Shown here: positions 58,301-64,000 of the stretch, piece after piece
How the letters are laid out: each line of letters starts with the position of its first letter
Position numbering within the stretch: position 1 is the first letter of the stretch
Assembly (NCBI GenBank): GCA_964016885.1
Contig: OZ024754.1
Span: 15,872,001-15,936,000, forward strand
DNA: 64,000 bases
Origin: Eledone cirrhosa
Taxonomy: Eukaryota
Direction of reading: 5' to 3'
Notes under the pieces: model-generated
Told to the model about the DNA's origin: nothing
The model's input: only the letters and a program-made list of their open reading frames with translations
Databases searched by the model: none
Translations under genes and position numbers: made by a program

Positions 58301-60049
58301 AATAAAATGCACCCAGTATACTCTGTAAAGTGCATCTGGTACGGTCTGCAAAGTGGTTGGAAGGGCATCCAGTTGTATAAGCCATGCCAAAATATGAAAC
58401 AAGAATCAAGATGGGGTTTTCTGACCATATCTTGTCTTGGACTGTAACACCTTATCCAACTCATGTTGACATGGAAGGTGGACGTAAAATGAATGATGAT
58501 ATTGTAAATATATATTGTATCACTTATATTTAATGTTTTCTTCTGTTGCAGCTATACGTGATCTTGCCTCCCTCAGTATGACACCCCTCGATAATCCACC
58601 TTTAGCTCCATTCCATTACTTAGCTGGAACTGGTATTAGTAAGGACAGTGTCTTAGGAGGCCTTGGTTATGTAAGTAGCAGTTACCATGTTACTCTTGTC
58701 TAGTTTTCACTCTTGTATTTCTAACTTGTGTACTGGCTTTCTTAAAACAATCATAACCGCATAACCCACAGTGCTTCATATAAACTATATATATAAGAAA
58801 GTGAGGTTTTTTTACAAAATGGAAAAAAAACGAGGTGTCCTACACGAGTGAAAGTATAATGAAAAAAGATGAAATCGAAAATGCAACTGGAGTCTTTTTT
58901 AAAAAAAAAAAAATATTTATTTGGTTCCTTTACCGGTTTCGCAGTTCTTCTGCTTTTCAAAAGTAGAATTGAGATAGAGGGTCTGTGGTTTTTCTCAGAT
59001 GTGAGAAAAAGACTCCAGTTGCATTTTCGATTTCATCTTTTTTCCTTATATATATATCAGTAATCTCACTAATATAATAAATATATATATAAACTATATA
59101 TATATATAAACAATATATATATATATATAGTTTATATATATATTTATTATATTACTGAGATTACTCTCTGTTGATACTCTGAGTTTTGTAATATAGCAAC
59201 AATGAGTAATCTCAATAATTTAATAGCTATATATATATACTCTAAACTGGTTTCAATTTGGAGGTTAATTTTCTTTTTCCTATTTTTTTAATGTTTTGAA
59301 TGAATATGACTTTCAAAACAGCTGGAAATTAATGAAAAATCATTATGTAATGGAGTTGTGAAAAAAAAACTGTACTCTAAACCAGCAGTCGCCAACTTTT
59401 CAAACCTCATTGACCAGTAAATTCATAATTTTAAATCCCACTAGTATGAATTAATGGTCAATGGTCGAAACAATACTGAAGCCTACATGTGTCATATTGT
59501 CGATAGATGATACATATATGTAAAATTCTTTCATGGATGTTAATTCCTTACTAAGGAGAAACATTTTTAGCGGGGTTATAAAATATATTTTGACCGAATA
59601 TTATTTTTTTTTATTGTGAATTGGCAATATCGGTAGAGGGTCGGACGCCATGCTTTGCAGCAAAGAGTTACGGCCCTTTATGGTCTGAGTTCAAATCCAG
59701 CCGAAGTTAACTTTGCCTTTCATCCTTACGGGGTCGATAAAATAAAGTACCAGTAATGCACTGGGATAATTGCTGGCCTTGTGCTAAAAGTAGAAACAAT
59801 TATTAATAAAACATAAATATTGCATATAATGTCCACATTTTTCTGCAGACTAACAAAATTTTCTCTCAGACCACCGGTTGGCAACCACTTCTCTAAACAA
59901 CACTTAAAACATTTTAAATATCAAAATATTAAAACTTCATAAATATATTCTCTAACCATGAGAATTTCAAACCATAAACATCTAAACAGTATGTTGATTA
60001 ACTCCCTTGGCTTATAAACAGGGCTTTGATTTTTGCCCATTTCTCAGTC

Positions 60050-60080
<31 letters not shown>

Positions 60081-61499
60081 AATTATTGTGTACAGTGCTC
60101 AGGTGCACTACAACTCATCAAAGGTGCATGTATAGTACATAGAATAATGTACAAATGTCAGGAAAATGAACAGTGTATGAGTCATGATATAATAACAATA
60201 ACAATAATGAAATATTGTGTACAGTGCCCAGGTGCACCACAACTCATCATAGGTGGTGAATTGTCGTTAGAACGTTGAATAGAATACTTTATTGTACTCG
60301 TTCCGGCTCTCTGAGTTCAAATCCCATCAAAGTCAACTTTGCCTTTCATCCTTTCAAGGTCGATAAAAAAAAGTACCAGTCTAGTACTGTGGTTGATTAT
60401 TCCCCTATATTTCTTTCTTATGTCCTCTCTCCCACTTTCTATATTTCTCTGGAAATCTACTGTACTCAGGCGTGGAGAGGGGTGGGCTCCACCAGGCTTA
60501 AAATGCCCAAGATATGCCATATGTCAATACAGCACCCCTACGACTCTCTCAGGAGTTATGGGACCATACCATACCAATCATACCATCAGATATAATATAC
60601 AAGGTCAACTTATATTCAGATTGTCTTATATTTGAGTATATACAGTAATCTGATAATCTAACAACCTACCAATTTACCACATATAATATAGTAAAGAAAT
60701 GTTTTAAATAGCTTTCTTCTGCTTTAGTTAAATATCCTTCACCAACAAAATCTAAATTTATAAGACACTTGTTGAAAATATATTTTTAAAATTTATTTTT
60801 TATTTTTTACAGTATTCCAGTTTTGGACCAAATAGTATTCCATCTGGACAACATGGAAACTCCCTTGATCCTCATCCTGGACAAGTTTCTGGTCCACAAT
60901 TAGGCTTTCCACCTAATGCACAATCTGGGTATTCCCCTGGTCCACAATCTGGATTTTCCCCTGGTCCACAATCTGGGTTTTCCCCTGGCCCTACATCTGG
61001 GTTTCCACCTGGTCCACAATCTGGGTTTTCCTTTGGCCCTATATCTGGGTTTTCCTCTGGACTTCATCCTGCTCTTTCTGTTGGCTACCCCAGCCATTTA
61101 GGAAGTGTAAGTCTATCAAACAATTCTCTCCTAGCTCGAGTGAAAGGAGCTGTAGCAAGCTGTGAAGGACCTCTTTTTACATGGACAGGCAATGTTGCTG
61201 GTGTTGCCAGTTCTGGGGTGAATACGGACACATCAATATTTCCTCATTTACAAACGGCATCAAGTGGAATGGAGCAAGGACTAGAAGTGGCTCCAGTGGA
61301 GATGGGACTAAGCGCCCTATATATTCATGATTTGACCCATCGGCAAAATCTTAGAGGACTTGATAATTTTGATGAAGCACAGACTCGCAGAACATGGTCG
61401 TCATCACCTGATGAGATGCGAGCATTTAGACCTGATCAAGAAATTGATTATCAAAACCAAGTAACTGCTAAACAGAACAGTGAAAGTAAACCACTGTAA
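31228..61499 (+). CDS. ATG9A: Autophagy-related protein 9A (lipid scramblase), complete spliced CDS, 841 aa, 20 coding exons
   Basis: The exons translate hallmark ATG9 blocks (WNHIQNLDDFFTRIYNYHQKNG, ELTELDIYHRILRFKNYMIAMINK, YLRHFNELDHE, RDEFAQLFQY, LEELLSPIVTP, NFTVDVVGVGDVCSFAQMDV, KTELSLIHF, EMGLSALYIHDL). Junctions are GT-AG with consistent phase, total 2526 nt. Confidence 0.96.
31969..32077 (+). CDS. ATG9A: ATG9A coding exon 2
   Basis: SWNHIQNLDDFFTRIYNYHQKNGYKCMVLDNFLQL. Confidence 0.95.
33106..33240 (+). CDS. ATG9A: ATG9A coding exon 3
   Basis: CIFILGGLSLCLYFVNYQMLFNYQHTGPKLTIPDLIIPLHLWSS; phase-compatible with both neighbours. Confidence 0.88.
33365..33537. repeat. ~30-bp AT-rich tandem repeat
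   Basis: TTTCTTACATAATAATTAAAAAGATGTTAC-like units. Confidence 0.85.
33660..34895 (-). mobile_element. 5'-truncated, decayed RTE LINE
   Basis: ORF 34022-34864 is homologous to the C-terminal part of the 39425 ORF (PSGKWPCSVCRKGVGRNSILCPKC); ends in the related 3' UTR and a (CAT)n tail at ~33660. Confidence 0.92.
34989..35124 (+). CDS. ATG9A: ATG9A coding exon 4
   Basis: FNFWLVTLIVLFIIVFLANVFKFLYNILKSLETRRFFIEALKIPS. Confidence 0.92.
35545..36020. repeat. 63-bp G-rich minisatellite
   Basis: Unit GGATGGAGGGGGAGCTACTGTTGTGCCCTTGGTCTAGTTGTGGGTATGGTCTAGCTAGTGGGT. Confidence 0.92.
36101..36203 (+). CDS. ATG9A: ATG9A coding exon 5
   Basis: AELGNYTWHDVLCRLLEVQKEQQMCIHKQELTEL. Confidence 0.95.
36698..36883 (+). 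mobile_element. tRNA-derived SINE family A
   Basis: Near-identical to 6814-6995; TTAATTATTGA on both sides. Confidence 0.85.
37029..37373 (-). mobile_element. tRNA-derived SINE family B with RTE-derived 3' end
   Basis: Near-identical reverse complement of 12592-12930. Confidence 0.85.
37841..37940 (+). CDS. ATG9A: ATG9A coding exon 6
   Basis: IYHRILRFKNYMIAMINKSLLPLRFRLPFVGE. Confidence 0.96.
38057..38261. mobile_element. piggyBac-like MITE (same family)
   Basis: TTAA|CCCTTTA...TAAAGGG|TTAA; internal homology to 3226-3435. Confidence 0.75.
38568..39181. repeat. ~200-250 bp direct duplication (38568-38820 vs 38981-39181) immediately 5' of the RTE
   Basis: AATCTACGAAGGTATTTTAGCC...ACCATGCGACCCTCAGTTCCTACC occurs twice, near-identical apart from indels. 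Confidence 0.9.
39180..42849 (+). mobile_element. near full-length RTE LINE in ATG9A intron 6, with (GAT)n tail
   Basis: Intact ORF, ~300 bp 3' UTR and (GAT)n tail ending ~42849; 5' boundary uncertain. Confidence 0.9.
39425..42544 (+). CDS. RTE-clade LINE ORF: APE endonuclease + reverse transcriptase + PHD-like Cys/His finger, 1039 aa, uninterrupted
   Basis: EN motifs (GTINVGSM, CCVQETRW, AGDFNGH, QLDFIL, SQH); RT motifs (NYRGIKL, QFGFVPGKGTTDA, FVDLEKAFDRV, GVHQGSVLSPLLF, LYADD); C-terminal RLRWYGHVMRM...GRPKMTW typical of RTE. Confidence 0.95.
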   Translation: MNLRATKHPREAPTQRPSPTSVDKCPKLRVGTINVGSMKGRAGEIVEMLERKEVDVCCVQETRWRGGSARVLVGKSQCYKFFWVGNDDGMGGVGILLADKWVDKVISVYRVNARIIKLRLVLNKTITTIISAYAPQSGLPDELKDRFYESLIHTTALTDDKDFLIIAGDFNGHVGKYCDGFNRVHGGHGVGTRNEEGFRLLEFCDANDMSICNTNFKKPDNHLITYRSGEHSSQLDFILIRGRDRWTVVNTKAFPSEECTSQHSLVVSDLTVRTRRALKQRPTWRRMIWKLKVPSTSNRFKDILLNAYDSKEEQIETFNVEENWEFLKNNLLEATDEVCSWSKTSSRRRVTWWWNNKVDEAVKAKRQAWKEWKNGGSRVHYIETKREARRQVYLARREAEDRKFKHVLQRGDQKQEVFKIARQCVRDSCDVIGEKCIRNDKGELALTSAEKKDAWKSHYDRLLNEENAWEEETLPHVDPIEGPAVQVSGSVVSKAIRDMKIGKATGPSGIAAEMLKASGSVGHTITTRIVNQVILEGAIPKDWCSSIIVNCYKGKGDALDRGNYRGIKLMDQVMKVTERVIAQLIRDRVNIDEMQFGFVPGKGTTDALFLVRQLQEKYLAKSKPLYLAFVDLEKAFDRVPRAVIWWALRKLGVDEWLVKAVQAMYRGAVSKVRIGNEYSEEFSVQVGVHQGSVLSPLLFIIVLQAITEEFKTGCPWELLYADDLALIAESMVELENKFQTWKQGLERKGLKVNMTKTKVLISRRENRTQIPSGKWPCSVCRKGVGRNSILCPKCKQWVHKRCSGISGSLIKNVGFTCSSCAETASKQPQETSTTNLWEGPVETVDSFCYLGDRISNGGGCSESTITRVRTGWKKFRELLPLLAAKGFSLRMKGRLYDACIRTAMLHGSETWALKVEDLRRLERNEACMLRWMCNSNIRERQSINELRERLSIRGIKCCVQERRLRWYGHVMRMKDDSCIKRCRALEVDGNRGVGRPKMTWDEVIKADLTQLHLSKSMTHDRDFWRHAVIQGTRPPMGTC
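42882..42931 (+). CDS. ATG9A: ATG9A coding exon 7
   Basis: VFLSTALKTNIEIMLF; CAG/GTAAGT. Confidence 0.92.
43036..46887. repeat. 40-bp minisatellite, ~96 copies
   Basis: Unit CCTAGGTATTTAGTACCCTTCCTTAACTCTACAATGTGCT, fixed length. Confidence 0.98.
47200..47590 (+). mobile_element. decayed RTE-like LINE 3' fragment (second family)
   Basis: Same 3' end (CCCTCTCAGGAATAAGTGGGC) as 19880-20360, in opposite orientation. Confidence 0.75.
47756..47837 (+). CDS. ATG9A: ATG9A coding exon 8
   Basis: SPWAPFDHWHLKSEYKNIHKRKELAK. Confidence 0.93.
47870..48139. mobile_element. hAT-like deleted MITE
   Basis: CAGA...TCTG termini; flanks TATTAGAG / TATTAGAA. Confidence 0.45.
48707..48806 (+). CDS. ATG9A: ATG9A coding exon 9
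   Basis: LSYQISWMAIGNFVLCPLIFGLQIMYTFFRYTE. Confidence 0.93.
49280..49680. repeat. 22/23-bp minisatellite
   Basis: Unit GGTCTTTCAGAAGACTACATTT and variants. Confidence 0.93.
49868..49908 (+). CDS. ATG9A: ATG9A coding exon 10
   Basis: MVKRDPGRLGLRR(W). Confidence 0.92.
50806..50868 (+). CDS. ATG9A: ATG9A coding exon 11
   Basis: SNYSRLYLRHFNELDHEFQV(R). Confidence 0.95.
51153..51227 (+). CDS. ATG9A: ATG9A coding exon 12
   Basis: LSRGYKPAVAYMSIFTSPMFVLFA(K); GTAAGT donor. Confidence 0.92.
51300..52797. repeat. 20-bp AT-rich minisatellite
   Basis: Unit TATATGTATGTTTATATTAG. Confidence 0.96.
53000..53109 (+). CDS. ATG9A: ATG9A coding exon 13
   Basis: YGSLLCGAFFAVLFALTLCDSDILDVEYVLGLLTFF. Confidence 0.93.
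53500..53750 (-). mobile_element. decayed RTE-like LINE 3' fragment (second family)
   Basis: Translates YYRHVVRMSKERI...PRGRP; similar to 19880-20130. Confidence 0.7.
53987..54027 (+). CDS. ATG9A: ATG9A coding exon 14
   Basis: (G)FLTATLHSMIPPE; phase 1 in, phase 0 out. Confidence 0.85.
54609..54743 (+). CDS. ATG9A: ATG9A coding exon 15
   Basis: HEVYNPEILMRAILSQIHYIPDNWKSNAHTNWVRDEFAQLFQYRF. Confidence 0.96.
55716..55895 (+). CDS. ATG9A: ATG9A coding exon 16
   Basis: VYLLEELLSPIVTPIILFFWIRPKSLEIVDFMRNFTVDVVGVGDVCSFAQMDVKKHGNTQ. Confidence 0.96.
56056..56270. mobile_element. piggyBac-like MITE (same family; partial copy at ~54210-54409)
   Basis: TTAA|CCCTTTAGCATTTA...TAAATGCTAAAAGG|TTAA. 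Confidence 0.75.
56475..56561 (+). CDS. ATG9A: ATG9A coding exon 17
   Basis: LLNNAKKVERTHYQQAEDSKTELSLIHFR. Confidence 0.94.
57730..57796 (+). CDS. ATG9A: ATG9A coding exon 18
   Basis: MTNPGWKIPDNGNSFLTGFREQ. Confidence 0.93.
58552..58670 (+). CDS. ATG9A: ATG9A coding exon 19
   Basis: (A)IRDLASLSMTPLDNPPLAPFHYLAGTGISKDSVLGGLGY; strong splice sites and phase-compatible, but low sequence conservation. Confidence 0.8.
59383..59890. mobile_element. hAT-like non-autonomous element with 8-bp TSD
   Basis: CTCTAAAC on both sides; imperfect TIRs CAGCAGTCGCCAAC / GTTGGCAACCACTT. Confidence 0.7.
59620..59803 (+). mobile_element. tRNA-derived SINE family A nested in a hAT MITE
   Basis: Near-identical to 6814-6995. 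Confidence 0.85.
60050..60250 (-). mobile_element. two tandem CR1 3'-end fragments with (AAT)n tails
   Basis: TTGTGTACAGTGCTCAGGTGCACTACAACTCATCA occurs twice (second copy slightly diverged). Confidence 0.8.
60813..61499 (+). CDS. ATG9A: ATG9A terminal coding exon 20 (disordered tail with GPQSGFSP repeats)
   Basis: Open frame from the acceptor TTTTTACAG to TAA at 61499; contains EMGLSALYIHDL, matching vertebrate EMSLHALYMHQL. Confidence 0.87.
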   Translation, partial: YSSFGPNSIPSGQHGNSLDPHPGQVSGPQLGFPPNAQSGYSPGPQSGFSPGPQSGFSPGPTSGFPPGPQSGFSFGPISGFSSGLHPALSVGYPSHLGSVSLSNNSLLARVKGAVASCEGPLFTWTGNVAGVASSGVNTDTSIFPHLQTASSGMEQGLEVAPVEMGLSALYIHDLTHRQNLRGLDNFDEAQTRRTWSSSPDEMRAFRPDQEIDYQNQVTAKQNSESKPL

Positions 61500-62217
61500 C
61501 AAGAAATATTTCTAATGACTGCTTTGAAACATACACAGTATTGCATGGATAATATCTCTTGAATGGTTCTACAATACTGTCTGATAATATTTTATTCTTC
61601 ATGTCTGTCTGAAAAACTTTTGGTAGATGGCTACCATGATAGAATCCTCTTTGAAGAATCATTTCATGCTATCTTGAAAGAAAACTTGAAAGTTAATTAT
61701 TCCTCTCTCTTGCTTTGGATATATGTGTACATTATAACTGTTTATTTTATAACTTTATAACTGTACATTATAACTTAATTGTTTGTGAGTGCGACGTCCT
61801 TAATTCAGATCCTATATCCACGATTACATATATATGTATATATGTATCTATGTATATATATATTTATTTATTTATATATATATATATATGTGTGTGTGTG
61901 TCAGTATAAATATACATGTGTGTGTGTGTGTATTAAAAAAAAATATATATATATTGAATTGTTAGAAACAGTTTTGAAGAAGACAAAAAACAGAAAGAAA
62001 CTATACAAATATAATTTTAATTGATCAAAGTGTAAATTTGTTAATTTTCAAATTGATTTATTATTTTTTTTTTTTTTATTAATTTAAAATTTGCTTTTTA
62101 ATTTATGCTTTGTTAAAAAAAACCATTGTTCAGAAACTGACTAAATATTCACTGTCTGGTTTATATATTTATTGAAATATTATGTGAATTTAAAATTGTG
62201 TGGTATGTGTGTGTGTT

Positions 62218-62219
<2 letters not shown>

Positions 62220-62306
<87 letters not shown>
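62220..62306. repeat. (CT)n(TA)n microsatellite
   Basis: Seen directly. Confidence 0.97.
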
Positions 62307-62313
<7 letters not shown>

Positions 62314-62357
62314 ATAAAATAAGAATGAATAACCAATTTAGACTTATAACATAATTT

Positions 62358-62442
62358 TACTCTACTTACGTTTCAATGTATAATTGCTGTACCTCAATAT
62401 ATATTGGACATTAGTCTGCTGCTCTACATATCTTCAGGAATA
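62358..62442 (-). ncRNA. type I hammerhead ribozyme-like motif
   Basis: UAUUC-CUGAAGA-U-AUGUA...UACAU-U-GAAAC-GUAA-GUA-GAGUA, between (TA)n runs. Confidence 0.55.
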
Positions 62443-63150
62443 CAAATATTGCCATAAGCATCAATATATATATATATATATATCAGAGTAATGAGAAAAA
62501 GATACATTACAAAATATGTCAGATGATAGGGGATAAAATACCTCCCTGGTAAAGTACATATAAACTACGGGTGGAACGGTATATACAAATTAATCAAAAG
62601 AATAAATCAAAGTGTACAAACCTTCCATTATAACTATATAGATCTGGACATAATAAAATAATTATGTTTCGATATAGAATGCGAAGAATTCATAATACAG
62701 GAGCTTATCAATGGGTATACCTGCAATTATGAACTTCACAACAGAGAGAGAACAGGTAACTAATGAGATGCATATGGTTTCAACAAGAAAGCCAACTGAT
62801 TCAGTCAGCCCAAGGTGGCTTGAATAGGCTATGAGGCTGCTAAAAATAGCAGCCTAGAGTCATTCAACTAGGAAAAAGCTCTATTAATTAATAAATTAGG
62901 AGCTAAATATATAAAAAAATGTGTTTGTGTTTGTACCTCTCAGTTTTGGATACACCTATATTCCTGCTGGGGTCAAGAATAGCATTCAAATGTAAAACAT
63001 TGTTTCAATCCATTCCGTCATGGAAGAGTGGACATAAAAACGATGATGATGATGATGTGTATTATGACATGTAGGGATACAGTATATCTATTCTAAAAAA
63101 ACGGGATAAACATGGGATTGTATAAATATATGTGAATGTGTAAAAAAATA

Positions 63151-63181
<31 letters not shown>

Positions 63182-63782
63182 CAAGGACGGTGTCCCAGCA
63201 TGGCCTCGGCCAGATGGCTGGAACAGGTAAAAGAGATATGTATATATATATGTGTAAGACAGTTGTTTGTGGTATTCGTTTCAGCTCTCTACTCTCTTGG
63301 TGGCAGTTCAAATCCCACCAAGGTCAACTTTGCCTTTCATCCTTTCAAGGTTGATATAAAAAAAAGTACCAGTCAAGGTTTGGGGTCAATTCTTCATTTA
63401 TATCTCTTTCTCGCTTCCTTTCCCTCAGTTTCTATCCTTCTTTGGAAGAAACCTGCTGTACTCAGGTCTGGAGAGAGGAGATGAGTTCTGCCAGGCTTAA
63501 AATGCCCTAGAAATGCCGTATGTCAAGATGGCGCCCCTATGATTCCCTCAGAAGTTACAGGGCCATATATTTGTAGAAAGTAAACAAATAACAAAACAAA
63601 TGACACAGTAGAATGAAGAACTATATTAGTTTAATGCTTGATATAGTAGGAACTACTCCTTCATCAGAAGATAGAATGAGAAATAAAAGATGTAATAGAA
63701 AGATAGAGATTGAGGAGAGGAAGAAACGGAAAAAAAATTTTTTTTTTGAGAAAAACCTTGTGTATATAAAGTCAGCCATTTT

Positions 63783-63823
<41 letters not shown>

Positions 63824-64000
63824 TAATAATAATAATAAATTTGAAGACTAAAATCCGAAGAGGGCTTGATAAGGATAAATATATATCAAATATATAAGAA
63901 CTGTAGAGCAAATAATACATATATATATATATATATATATATAAAATAATATGTATATCTTATATGTATGTAATGTGTGTATATATATACATATATGTAT

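Noticed and set aside
61107-61134. GTAAGT...CTAG mini-intron inside the last ATG9A exon
   Set aside because: Only 28 nt and frame-shifting; the reading frame is open straight through.

Overview
AT-rich, repeat-dense animal genomic DNA. The SINE/RTE/microsatellite landscape suggests an octopod cephalopod (inference). Two intron-rich genes were reconstructed by hand with GT-AG junctions and consistent phases, arranged head-to-head. CNOT9/RQCD1 is on the minus strand (8 coding exons, 19155->4905, 298 aa) and ATG9A is on the plus strand (20 coding exons, 31228->61499, 841 aa). The introns carry an intact-ORF RTE LINE (EN + RT + PHD-like finger), decayed CR1 and RTE copies, two tRNA-derived SINE families, piggyBac- and hAT-type MITEs, a probable solo LTR and several minisatellites. 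The most unusual signal is a set of type-I hammerhead-ribozyme-like motifs in TA-embedded Penelope-like remnants. One is a 411-bp near-perfect palindrome in a CNOT9 intron that encodes a long-stem-II hammerhead on both strands. Also notable are an inverted SINE pair inserted at one target site next to a CNOT9 exon, a 48-bp satellite derived from the RTE 3' UTR, and decayed tandem copies of an ATG9 exon. All of this was read by eye; no searches were run.
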